Part shown: positions 27,719 through 40,075 of the stretch, piece after piece
Layout of the letters: the number at the start of each line of letters is the position of its first letter
How positions within the stretch are numbered: the stretch's first letter is position 1
NCBI GenBank assembly: GCA_002269645.1
Contig: NIVC01004010.1
Span: forward strand, 1 to 64,000
Source of the DNA: Macrostomum lignano
Taxonomy: Eukaryota
Direction: 5' to 3'
DNA: 64,000 bases
Position numbers and translations under genes: made by a program
Notes under the pieces: model-generated
The model's input: the letters and a program-made list of their open reading frames with translations, nothing else
What the model was told of the DNA's origin: nothing
The model's database searches: none

Positions 27719-30700
27719 CTAAAAATCGATCGATTTTTTCAGAATTTGTGATGATCGGGTTGGGTTCGCAGGCACGGTCCAGCCCACTGGCACGCCATTC
27801 TTAGCGTTGTAGTCCTTCAGCCAGTTGTGCAGCGGCTGGAAGTACTCCATCAGTGCATCGGCCGAGATATCCCTTCGGCCGGTCAGCTGTTGGAGAGCGT
27901 CCGGCCACGGCTTGGACCGGCCGAGCCGCAGAGTGCGTCTAAGTGAAAAAAAAAGAATTCTGAAGTTAGCTCACAAAACGTGTTTACTTTGTCTGTGGAA
28001 AGGTTGCTTCTGCTTCACTCAGTATCCCCTCACCTGAGTTTATCTCCGGCAGCGGTTGACCTGTAGAAATCGCACGTGGCCAGGGGTCCCGAATGTCCAG
28101 CTTCCTGGCACAGGGCCTTGTAGAATTGGAACTTCAGCAGGAAGCTGACAAAATATCTGAAATTGGAAAAAGAAGCGCGTCACCTGTTAAGCGACTGAAA
28201 GTTGACTTTTATATTGTCTGTATGTAATTGGTTTAAAAGAAGATGCAGTAGGTGACATTTATGTTTGATTAGGCTTCAGTTCTTTATGAGCAACAGTTGG
28301 ATCAATAACTGTACCTGATGTAGCTCACATCGATTGCTAAATGAAACTTGGACAGAGCGTCAGTGTCAGCCTCAGACCTTGTCACTGGCGGCCCGATACC
28401 CCCAAACCGACTTCTGAGCTGCCACCAGTCCTGGTTGAGCTGCTCCTTGGGTACCTGACCACCGAAGTAGCGCCACTTCCATAGGTCCGCAGCCAATGCG
28501 TAAGGAAGAAACATGACATTTGCCAGTGCTTGAGTTAACAGATTGTTCACAAGAGACTCTGGAAAAATGCAAAAGAGTTCGTTTATTACAAACACTCCTT
28601 AACTACTAATATGGCAACAAAATCATTTCGCATCGCTACTGGATGACCCTAATATGCCTTAACCACTGAAGTATACAAACTTACTGTCACTACTTCATAA
28701 ACTTGCACAGGATCGGATGTATATCGACAGGTTTAAAACTGAAATAGCATTCGTTTCTCACCAGAAGTGTCGTTTGTGTGCTTGATAAACTTAATGGCCT
28801 TAAAATGTTTCGGCGTCAGAACGGACAGCGTAATCGTATCGCCAATAGCCTCGTGAAAGCCCCCGTTCGCTCCCCTTCGAAAAATGACCGGCTGGTGAGA
28901 GTACAGCATGAAGTACATTACGTGTCCCATCTCGTGATGCACCGTGCTGAAGCTGCTCATGTCCATCAGGGTGCACATCTTGATGCGGAAGTCGTCTCTT
29001 GACGCGCTGTGCATGTCGAAAGCGGTTCCGTGACAGTTCATTTTGTGGTCCTTCGGCTTTAGAAACACGCTCTTACGCCAGAATGTTTCTGTCATCTTTG
29101 GCAGTCCCAGACTTCTGTAGAACTCGTCGGCGACGTGAGGAAGCTGTGGCACAGTCAGGAGACCACGCCTCTCCCTGTCCTTGAGAATGCCGTCGAAATC
29201 GATGGACTCGGCTGCTGGGAACGGAACGAACTCATTGTGCCACTTTGTGTATTGGGATCCCCAAGGATCGTCACCAAGATGACCAGGTAGAAGCCCGTTA
29301 GCAGCAAATTTTCCAGGATACTTCTGGTGCAGTCGGTGTCTTAGGTAGGCGTGCAGCTGCTCGTAGAGGGGTTTGAACTGGTTGTAGAGCGACACGACTG
29401 TTTCCGGGAACTTTGGGTCTTCAAAAGCAGTAAAGTAATCGAAGTAGGCGTAATCTCGGAAGCCTAAAATTGAAAAGAACTCTTCAATTTTTAAAAAAAT
29501 ATTTTAGAAAACACTTCACCAATAGGCGTTGCCAGTACTAAATATCACTGAAGCAATAAATAATTGCATCGCGCTTCACTCACCGGAAGGCCAAACGGAT
29601 TCGTTGAGCAGCTGAGCTCTCTCCACGAACGCGTTTCGGAACTTTGCGCCAGTCGCATCGCGCCAGGACTTCCACAGATACCGCAGCTGGTCGTAGTCCT
29701 TTTTGGTGCGGAAGAAGTTTTCCACGTTGTCCTCACCGCTGTCCAGGCACTTTCCTGGCGCGTAGCAACCGACTGCTTGGTTGTAGTCTTGCATTATTCT
29801 CGACTGAACTTGATTGTAACGGCTGAAACAAGAGCCATCCGCAATGCTAAGTGACAGGGTACGTACGGGGGGGGCTTAACTCAGCGATTGTAAACTGCAG
29901 CTTACAGCAGATTGCGGTTACTCTTGAAGACCTGCTTTCCCTGCAGAAGCTTCATCATTCTGGCCTCTCGGCGGCTGAGTTTCATCTTAAACTTTTTAAA
30001 CTTGAGTGCGAACAGCGTTAGCCGGCTAGAGAACTTTTCCAGTCCAGCCTTCGCACGCTTCAGCTGTTAAAGATGGAAATAGAGGGATACATTTAAAATC
30101 TATATCAAATAATATTTCTTATTTTGCGATTGTGTTATTGAACGAAAATGCCAAATAAAAATAAAGACTATTTGGTAAAACAGCCAAAGAACGACGTGGA
30201 CGCATCTTGCTTTAATTACATCAGCCAACTCAAACCGCGCGTCGTTCAACTCACATGTTGCTACAGAAATTTCGCCGATTAGATTGTAACAAATACGAAA
30301 TTGCCACTGTTTACGAGTGACTGAACGCTATTTTTAGCTAATGCAGCAATACATAGTGATAAAAGTACTAACCATCTGCCTGTTCTTCTCTGAGATGTCC
30401 GTTTCGTATCGAAACGAGGCCAAGTCTTCTCTGTGGTCCCAGACTCGAAGCCAATGATTTGAGTAGCGCAGAAACTGGCGAGCGCATCGAGTCCGCTGAC
30501 TCAGACTGAGACGTGATAGATTTCCCTGCCAGCCTGAAACAGCATTCAATTGTCTTAACTGGCTGCTTTTAAATGCTCAAATCACTTTTGATGATCGAAA
30601 TGAGCTTTTAAGGCATTCATATCAAAACGAACACTAATCTCGAGGACTACACGCCAGCTCGTCCTGCCAGCTCGTCCGCTACCTAAGGGCTACCGGGCGA

Positions 30701-31514
30701 GTGACAATAGTCCACCTCCTGGACTGTCCGGAGGGGGACCGCGCTGCGGACACCGGCACCACCGGAACTCCCTAAGTGACACTGCAGCACTAAGCTGCCC
30801 GTGGTCTCTAGGGGTTAACAAAATGGGAGGCAACGCATCCTCGCTGTTGCCGGACGCACGGAGCCCCCTGCAGCTGAGTCAAGTCAAGTAAGTCGAGGAC
30901 CTACTCAAGTACTACGTTTGTTGGAAATGTTTAGGAGGTAGTTTTTACTGAAAAAAAATACTGCCTGGAGGTTTTCATTTTTACAGCACAAAGTTTGTAT
31001 TGCTTTTGATAGGAAGTAGACCCAGTGTTCATGTTTTGATGAATCTTGTCTTTGTTGCAGCTCTATTTGATATTCATATAGCTTTTTGTTTAGAAAATTA
31101 GGGTTAGATGCCAATTAAATATCCTACATGCATGTCCTGTGCTTAAAATTGGTTTATGAATCTATTTTATCATTCGGTAACGGAATGAAAATAAACAGAT
31201 TTAATCAGAGATTTATTTTATTGTCAATTTTTACATGCATCTAGCATCTAACAAGGCAACGCAACGCAGCCAAGACACTTTGTGCCAGCTTCAACTTGTG
31301 CCAGGATTTGCTCACATTTTTTGGCCGAGTGATAATGATGCTTCACTCGAAGCTCTGAGACCACCCGGCCGACGCTGTCCGATGCGGAGTCCTCATCAGC
31401 TGCTGAGCTCATCTCAGATGCCGTAGATAATCGTGCAGACGTCAGAGCTACATGTAGACAAATCAAAGCCAAACTGAAGGCACGGCAGGACTTTGTGCCA
31501 GATATTGGGCTCAT
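27719..31514 (-). CDS. ACE: Angiotensin-converting enzyme-like M2 metallopeptidase, copy 2 (soluble, ~681 aa)
   Basis: Exons 31514-31316, 30533-30373, 30063-29906, 29822-29584, 29463-28762, 28558-28315, 28156-28034 and 27938-27719 total 2046 nt, with the same intron phases as copy 1. Motifs: [23 protein letters not shown], and an N-terminal hydrophobic signal. Confidence 0.95.
30640..30904 (+). mobile_element. Short 5'-truncated non-LTR retrotransposon or SINE insertion with target-site duplication, in ACE copy 2 intron 1
   Basis: Flanked by TCGAGGAC(C)TAC at 30640-30650 and 30893-30904. It has an (AAGTC)n-type tail and a short [11 protein letters not shown] frame resembling a LINE ORF2 C-terminus. 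Confidence 0.55.
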
Positions 31515-31599
31515 TTTGTGCCAGTCGATCTGAATTTGCCTGCAGCTGCACTCGGACTCGGCTCTGCCAGATAGCTCGGCACGTTTTTAGCAGCAACTC

Positions 31600-34500
31600 T
31601 GAGTTCATTTCTTTTATGCAGTGCTCATTCAGACACGACGATACCAAGAAAAGAGTTCGGCATATTCAATTTGATGCCTGGCCATTGTCTATGCAGTGTA
31701 CACCCGCATCTCTGTGCTGGAGCTTGCTAGAGAGCAGTTTTCGCATTCACTACAGCAAGCCTTCTTTAGTGTCGATCTTGGCTCATATTGCTGAGTCAGT
31801 GCGAGTGTGCCTTCTGTAGAGATCTCCAAATACAGTACAAAGTAAACTACTATAAGTAGCAACGTAAAGATGCGAAAAACTTAAATGCTAAAAAGTGCAA
31901 ATTGTCACACTCTATTTTTAAGACCACGAAAGCAACAAATGACCATCTTTTGCAACATTTAAATTTAGAACTACTGATGGGTTTCGACCTTCCGGCCCCC
32001 TTGTGGGGAAGCCTTCGGGCCTCAGTTCTCAGAAATAAATCAATTAGAGTCCTGGCCCCCCACTGCTGTCAGATGGTCAGCCCCATGGTAGCTTGATCGT
32101 GTGGCGAGCAGTCTAGGTCCTATAGCTAAGAGAGGGACAGCGAGAGACGAGCAGGGAGAATTTTGAAAGTAGAAATTAGCTAATCCGCAGATCAACTATT
32201 GATAACTTGCTGCCACCAGCCCGTGCGCCCTGGCTCACCACACCGGGACTCTCGAAATTGGGCTTCCGACTAGAGGGGGCTTTGCCAGAGGGGGCTTACC
32301 TGCCAACTAGTGTCTTTTTGCTGTCAATCTCGAAGTCATAGCCGATGATAAGGGACACTGCTGGGACTAGATCGCATTGGCCATGCAGGTACAGAGGGGA
32401 CTTGTGCAGGGGATTCTTGCAGTGGCGAGACTATGGGGTAGCTACATGTACTATAACATTGCTAAATACGAAGAATTGTACTTTTGGCCTTCAACGCGCC
32501 AACCAGCCTCTCCTAGCGCTGATGATAGGCTAACTCGAACATCAGAGACCGCATGATTCATCACCCGAGCCGCTTGGCGAACCTAGAGTGCACAAAGTAC
32601 ATCTCTGGCGCCGATTCTGCACTACTGGCAATTTTGCTCACTGATTTGATAGATTGATTGACTGAGAACTGCCTTGCCATTGGTCCACTGTGACCGGCGC
32701 CTACTAGCTTAGCTACTCATCTGAGCCATCGGCGAACAAAGAAATAAAACCGATAAAAATAACTGTTAGATTTAACCTTCTCCTTAGATCACTTCACACT
32801 TCAGATTGAATTGGAGTCTCAGACTACTAGCAGTATTATTGAATGATTTCTGCCTCAGCAACAGCACTACTGAACAAAATGAGCAAAAGTGTGCGCTTAA
32901 TCCAGCTACTGAAACAGGGGACAGATAAGGGATCACCCAATCAAGCAAGTCTAGATAGCCTCTCACCCAACCAATCAGAAACTCAACAGCCGGAGACCAG
33001 GAAATCCACAGTGACCGAATCGGCTTAGTGCTTCGCAGCTGTAGACTCGGGATGATGCTGTCACAATCTTCGCTGATAGCTAGCAGGTGATGATCTTAAC
33101 TTTGATGTTCGCTGCTGATGACCGGGGGACTCGTCCTTGATGATGAGGGGGAAGTCGCAATCCGGGGATCAAGAAACGACGGTCGGGCTCCGGGAACCAG
33201 ATATGTCGGTAAGGTTCCTCCGGTTCCTCCGGGAGAGCCGGTTGAGGTCCGAGCGGGCCAAAAACACCGGTTTAAATAGCCGCCAACTGGACCACAGTTT
33301 GTTATAATGGAACACGTCGATTCTGATTGGCTGAGCCGTTTTGTTAAAATGAAGCTTGTTGCTACCCAGAATCACGTGACCGGGAGGTCCTATCAGTTCC
33401 CACAGGGTCGTAAAAAGATGACAGGTGCGGCCATAAATCAATCAAAATCGCAACAAAATGATTTATGACTTTTCGCGTAGGATTGACAGAAATTAATGAA
33501 AATATATACATTAGAAAGCTCTTATTAAATAGAAAGTGAAGATAATGAAGAGAAATCACTAATCGCTAATCCCAAAGTACTTTTGGGGGTAAAACGCATA
33601 GCTGTCAAAGCTGTCACACGCTTGAGTGAACCCGAACAATAGGCTCTGACCTCATAAATCTTGATGGCCTGTCAAAATGATGAGAAAAAAGCTACCGCCC
33701 GCATCCTCTCAGACCATCTGGCGCCAGCCTCAACACTGAGTGAGGCGCAGGTGGCTGTCAGACAAACTTTGAAAGCGATGATTTACGACCCAAAAAGCTG
33801 CGCCTATGTTACTATGACTACTAGTATGACCAGACATTATATCTAGTATAGATTCTATGACAATTCGCAGAAAAAGAATAAAAATGCCCTTAGCCTGCTG
33901 TCAGTAGGCTAGTAGATTTAGAGCCCCTGTGCTAGCGCGGGATTTGGGAAAAAGTGCGTCCTCATCACTACGAATATGGTATTGATGCTCAAATCTAATG
34001 TATTCCATAGGGGTCAAATTTCCAAAACGCAAAACTGTCACTTCCTAAAAATAATCTGTTTAAACTTTCCTATAAATACAAGCCAAAATCCGAGCTAAAA
34101 ATCTCAGACTCGGAGCAGCCTCAAAACATCTTGGGCTTACTGCAGAAGCTACTCGAGGCTACGTCTCTGAGGAAGAAGTAAACCAATTGGTGAGCCTTTG
34201 TTCGAGCCTTTGTTATTGAATTGATTTTGAGAGCGATTTTATTGCCGGTCGTTGTTGATCAGTTGATTTTACTGAGACTATTGAATTTGAGGCCTCCCTT
34301 TTCCTAAGGGATTGGATAGGATCTGCGGACCGATTCCGATACCCTTAGAAGATTATCGAGTTGATTGATTTTGGTTATCTTAGATTAACCGATAGGAGCA
34401 CATCACTCCGATTCCGTTATTTCTAGAAGAAGACGCCCTTCCTGGAGGACCTCGTTATTATTGCAGAAAGTTGATTTTGTTATTAAGGGCGCATTGTTGA

Positions 34501-34893
34501 TATTGATCATTGAACTAAGGCCTAAATTGATTTTGCATTCGAGACACACTGCGACGTCGCCAGATTTGATTGTTACGCTCTCACTTTCGGCCGATTCTAG
34601 ACTTCAAGAAGATTCCTCCGGAGAAGAAGAAGATTTGAAAAGGCGAACCCTACATACGCGAGCAACAGAGAAGAAGAAACAAGGGACGAGCTCGGAGAAC
34701 CTGCCCTACGAAGAAGAGGAGCCCGCAACCGTAAGTGAACACTGATTTTGTTCCCAGGCTTAGGGTCTGGAAGTGGCAGTTCGGGCGTTTAGACACTAGA
34801 CCTAATTCTCTCTCTCTGTTCTCTTTCTCTCTCCTTTCCCCTCTCTCTCTCTCTCTAGTGTGCTAAAGCGAACTCTTCACTTCTGTCTCTCAT
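31600..34893 (-). mobile_element. Degenerate retroelement (DIRS/Ngaro-like by association with the second copy), copy 1
   Basis: Blocks 31816-31940 and 34073-34893 align closely with 53208-53335 and 53440-54290. RT-like remnants (GIKLNMPNS..FLGIVV) occur at ~31630-31700 on the minus strand. The internal region is full of stop codons. Confidence 0.55.
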
Positions 34894-35159
34894 CAAATTG
34901 TGCAGGATTGTTAGCATGCTTTTTCACGTATAGTAAATAGAATTCACAGTATTTCTTTTTTATTTAGCCCACCGCATGTAACAGTGTACGCGCTGTATGC
35001 CAAATTGCGAAACATCAATTCCAACTGCTATATACATGTAATATTTTCCAGGGGCTGTCGCCATGAATTTAATGATGGGGGGACAAAAAGCCAAGAATTC
35101 TACATGTAAATAACAATTAAATTCCCACATGTACACTATTTTGAGAACCGGTGTTGTTA

Positions 35160-35460
35160 GCACTCATTTTGGCGCCGCAGACAGGCGCTCATTTAGCCAT
35201 TTAGCACCGCAGGCACTCGATCATTTTGGCGCCGCAGACAGGCGCTCATTTAGCCATTTAGCACCGCAGGCACTCGATCATTTTGGCGCCGCAGACAGGC
35301 GCTCATTTAGTCATTTAGCACCGCAGCCACTCGATCATTTTGGCGCCGCAGACAGGCGCTCATTTACCCATTTAGCACCGCAGGCACTCGATCATTTTGG
35401 CGCCGCAGACAGGCGCTCATTTACCCATTTAGCACCGCAGGCACTCGATCACTTTGGCGT
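35160..35460. repeat. 57-bp minisatellite, about 5 copies
   Basis: CATTTTGGCGCCGCAGACAGGCGCTCATTT... units; 19-aa periodicity in ORF 35129-35515. Confidence 0.95.
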
Positions 35461-35773
35461 ACTTTTGGCGATACGCACTTGGCGGGCCAGAGGCCGCCCG
35501 CCCCGCGTTAAATAAAGGCACCCAATTAACCAAGGGTATGTGACCCGTTAGTTGTACGTGCAATGTACATTAACTATTGTATACAATAGTTATACAATAG
35601 TTAATATACAATAGTTAAACTATTGTTTCCTGGCGCGCCAGCTAAAAATGTCATTTACCGAAAGTCTCAGTGAAGCTACTTCAATATATTTTCATATGCA
35701 ATCTAGGATGTACGCATACACGCAAAATTACAACAATGGATCGTAATACAGTGTAATTCATTTTCCAATACTG

Positions 35774-36010
35774 TTAGAACAGTGGAGTCCTGTGCGCGCT
35801 CAGCAACTTCTTCTCATAGTTCTCAATCATGCACTCGACAAGGAACTCCTTACTCTTCTTGTGCACCATCCGCTGCATCTGGCTAAGCCGCTCGTTGAAC
35901 CACTCCAGGAGTAGTATTGAAAAGGACACGGTCAGCACCGTAAAAAACAGCAGCACACCTCGCAGGACGTCAGCAACCATGCCGTGGATAGAGTGATCGT
36001 AGATGCCCAT
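35774..36010 (-). CDS. Putative 78-aa single-pass membrane microprotein, unknown function
   Basis: AAAATGG start context at 36010. One hydrophobic segment (VLRGVLLFFTVLTVSFSILLL) is followed by a helical charged tail. GC-richer codon usage than the flanks. No homolog recognised. Confidence 0.45.
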   Translation of the reverse strand: MGIYDHSIHGMVADVLRGVLLFFTVLTVSFSILLLEWFNERLSQMQRMVHKKSKEFLVECMIENYEKKLLSAHRTPLF

Positions 36011-36639
36011 TTTTGTTTTACTTGAGAAACTCTTTCCGCAGGGAGTAGCGATCGACTGATTTGATTTTAGTAGGTCCAACAAGTAAATTTAATGCCTCCA
36101 TGTCTTTAAGCGCTAAAAAGGTAACGAGAATCGCTTGCGGCGGTTTTGACCATAGAAATATTGTTGTTTTTCTACCAGATTTGTTATGAAGAATTAGTTA
36201 TATTTATTAATCAGCTTGATGCAGAAAATTATTCACTAGTTTGATGGTTGTATGGTTAGTTGTGTATGGTTTTGCAGCTGGTGTATAGACACAAGAACAT
36301 TGTCTTATGAATGTATTTTAGTAGCCTCGCGTAATGATTTCGAACCGTTGAATAATGAGCGTACACAGTATGTAACAATTCAATATGTAGCACGTCCTGC
36401 CACCCCCGACTAATTTTTGTGCACCCTCCCTTCTTCCCATGTGGTTCCTGATGAATCATTCTTATCGCCCACCCCTGCACCTCCTTTCTATTGTTCGAAA
36501 TCGTTCATGCGTGTGACAGTTTTATATATCCCTATCATCTTCCCAAAGCTTTTTCCTGCCTGTTACGTAATCCCCCATCATAAATAATTTTTCTTCGCTA
36601 CGCCCCACCCCTGCAATTTCTCGTCCAATCACATGTGTG

Positions 36640-36911
36640 ACGAGTGACGTTATCAGCATTGCTTTGGTAACGGAGGTCAAGGACAAGTCATGGCCTTCAA
36701 TACGAGCTATCGCGTGATCTCAGGGCTATAAATGATAGCTGTTTTGAGCCCTGAGCGGCAACCGTTTCCGTTCCGTTCTCCCTTTTCGGTGCTGAGCTGG
36801 AATTTCCCTTGGCTTTAACCTCCTGGCGCGTCTCGTCTGGACTGACCGCAGCAGCCACTGTGACAATGCGACGACCACCGCACCAAGCAGCCCTGCCCGT
36901 CGGCAGCGTCT
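36640..36911 (+). promoter_or_regulatory. Probable promoter and non-coding first exon of the stathmin-domain-like gene
   Basis: TGACG motifs at ~36640-36652, an X-box-like ATTGCTTTGGTAAC at 36658-36671, TATAAAT at ~36727, and a GC-rich leader ending at a GTAAG donor near 36911. An acceptor TTCCAG lies at ~38557 just before the ATG. Confidence 0.5.
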
Positions 36912-38330
36912 GTAAGGTATTCTTTCTCTGATGCGCTGCCCTTGGATATAGTCAACCAGGTCCCCCCATTGCTCATCATTTTCGAATTCTCCATCTCAAC
37001 TTATAATTAATTCCGATTTAATAATCAACCGAGCAGTTAAGGCCAATTAGTTTAGTGCCAATAAATTCAGGGCATTATAGCTATCCAACTCGTTCACGTC
37101 TGTCCGTTTACCTATATTTACTATGAGACGTGGTATGAAATATGAGTAGTGAGTGCGCCTGTCGCAAGGACATTGAATGGAAGCTGAGGATCAGAGTGGA
37201 AGATCACCGAGTATCATAGTGGAAGATCACAACGTCTTAATAACTTTCACCGCTTTTAATCAAAGAAAGAAAACAAAGAAAGAATTTTCGAGGTCTATCT
37301 TCAGTCCTTGCAGAATCACCAAAGGGCAATTAAAGGAGATGTATTCATTAAATGTGTAACTAATTGCGTTAAAAACGAAAAAAAATTAGCTTCTAGAGGC
37401 AATGTAAACAGAAAATGGCACACATTTAACCTGCATTCTTGGTTGTTTTATTACCATTTCATTAAAACGCGGTTCCACTTGAAAAAACTTGAAACAAAAA
37501 TAGCCTCGTAGAACACCAAGTGCATGATTAGACAAACGACGCAATGTGTTTCGCTTTACTTAATCTTTGTCTGCTTAAACAACTTATTTTATTTTACGTG
37601 CAAGTGCAACGTACTGTTACAACGCGGCAAGTTCGGCAGCCACATAAATCTCATTATTTTAACTTTTATTTTTTTCAAGTTTCCCTAAGTTTAAGTTTTC
37701 CCTAAGTTCTCTAGGTTTTTCAAGTTTTGCATAAATTTGACTTAATAAAGTTAGAACATAAAAATGTTTAAGCAGACAAGTGTAAAATTTGTAATTTAGT
37801 GTAAAAAAACTTCCTGCACCCCTGCACGAAACTTTTGCATAGGAGCTGAAATTGTTGAAATTTCATTTTTTTAAATGCCATAGACCTAAATAAGTAAATT
37901 GTGCATATATCATATATAACAAGTGTCCTAAAATCCAAACGCCTCCTATGTTTTCTTGAATTACTTATTTTATTGCCCTTAATTCGAAGAAAGTTTTACT
38001 TTTTAATATAATAATTTAGAGCTAAAATTAAAGTATTTAAATGCTTTATTTTTGTAATAATGGAACAATTATTACGTCTTACATTTTTACCAAATCCTAT
38101 ATACTAAAAAATAGTTGTAATAGAGTATATTTAATATGTTTAAGCTTAGTTAATTTTATATTCAACTGGATATATTTACTGTCTATACTTGTGTCTTTTT
38201 ATAAATAAGAGAAATGTTAACAAAACCATCTCTTTGTACATTTAGAAAAAATGAATTTAGTAGAGTTCAGTCAATTAAAATATAGTTAACTTTTGTTTTA
38301 TTCATATCATTATTATGAAGAATCAGTGAT

Positions 38331-38473
38331 CAGTGGCACAACCAAAGGGGGGTGGGGGGGGGGCGGGTTGCCTCCTTATTTTTGCCAAAATCCAGAGCCA
38401 CACTCACTCCCCCCCCCCTGGGTCTTTATCCTCCTGAATCCACCCCCTCAACAAATGTTTGTTTGCGCTACTG
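38331..38473. mobile_element. 143-bp hAT-type MITE with 8-bp TSD
   Basis: Ends CAGTGGC.../...GCTACTG. A perfect 8-bp direct repeat TCAGTGAT lies at 38323-38330 and 38474-38481, with internal G-run/C-run symmetry. Confidence 0.75.
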
Positions 38474-38570
38474 TCAGTGATGGAATATCAGTATAACAAA
38501 GACACCTGTAAAATGAGAAACCATAGCTTGCTTTTGCGCTGCCTAATCAGCTTCCAGGCAATAGATCGGC

Positions 38571-39985
38571 ATGGGCTGCGGCGCATCCAAATCAGTTTCC
38601 GTGATCAAATCGCAACCAATCAGACCGGCCAGCGGCCAGGCAAAGGCGGCGGGCAGTCAGCAGCAGCCGCAAGGCGGTGTTGGAACGCCGAAAAAGCTGC
38701 CACCAATCAAGTCTGAGGCTGCGGGAACCCCGCCTGCCGGGCTGACTGTGGAGGGTGAGCGACTGCTTTGATTGGACAAGTAGTCCTGCTGTGAAGCTAC
38801 TGACTTGTCGCTCTGTCCTGAACAGTAAATTTTCAACTCACAATAGGCCAAGGACCGAGTTCTGTCTTCCTGTTTCTATACTCTTCGTCAGCTGAGCTTT
38901 ACCGCTGACGCTAAGCTATACCACCATAGATACTTGGCAAAAAAGCTTTCTACTTACAGTTCAGTAGCAATGAAGAATACATAAGGTATTTTATAAGAAT
39001 AAAGGCAGCCGAGATGACTTTAATAAGTTTAGAAGCCAAGCTTGCAGACGTAAACAGCTTGCTAATTGGTTCAGCCATAAATGTACATTAGCCACTGAAA
39101 TGTACAACGCAGATTTAGTCTCGAACAACCGAGGAAAGTAATAAAAATTGGGTGGCGAGTCAGGGGTAGAGATTCTGTGGGAGTTTGGGGGTTTAATCTT
39201 GAGGGGGGTAAGAGCCAATAAATGAGCCTTGTCTTCAAAAACACATTAAAATGCTTCAGTTTAACTTACTACTGAACTGAAAGTAGTTTGCACGCAAATG
39301 TGCTGAGTGGCCCATCCAGTTAGGCCTTCGATTTATTTCGCAATTTTTGGCGCACTCTACAGCTTAGAGCTAAGAGAACACTTTAAATTAACTTCTAGCA
39401 GTTTAATTCTCTTTGATAGGTTTGAATCATCTATCCAAATGCTGTGTGTAGAAGCTGTTAAAGATACACATCGAAGATCCACCCAGTCATGCTGGTTACA
39501 CCTGTACCTTGATGTGAGTGAGACAAGGGCTTCGAACTCGAGCTCCCTCGGGATAGGCGATAGGACGCAAATGGCAGGCTGCATGTGCAGCTCAATTTTC
39601 ATCTGCTCAACCCTGCCCACTCCAGATGAGAAGTCTGGAAAAGGTGGAGTCGCCTTCAGCATCGCAGTGGACGGCGGCGGCGCAGGCGGCAGCGGCGGCA
39701 GTGGCGGCGGAGGCAGCTCTATGCTGGTGAAGCCGAACTCTGACATTGATAAAATATTGAGGAAGCCGCTGCCACCACGGCTGAGGGTGCGTGCAGCTTT
39801 CTGTTGCTTTTCTACGATTTTAGTTACAATAAAAACCAACCTGATAATTAAATTCTAAATTTTCCTCCTGCAGCATCTCGAGCCGTTGGACAGCGTGCCT
39901 GTAATGTCACCCGAGCAGCTGGCAGAGAAGCTGCGCAAGGCTGAGGAGAAGCGCGAGCGGGTGAGAGAAGAAAGAATGTAAAGAC

Positions 39986-40075
<90 letters not shown>

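Noticed and set aside
35129-35515. Regular 57-bp repeats and other 20-42 bp arrays considered as CRISPR-like
   Set aside because: The units are head-to-tail with no unique spacers, there are no cas genes, and the context is eukaryotic.
39307-39858. 183-aa plus and 160-aa minus ORFs
   Set aside because: Only 39626-39786 is a phase-consistent exon of the stathmin-like gene; the rest is intron read-through or antisense.
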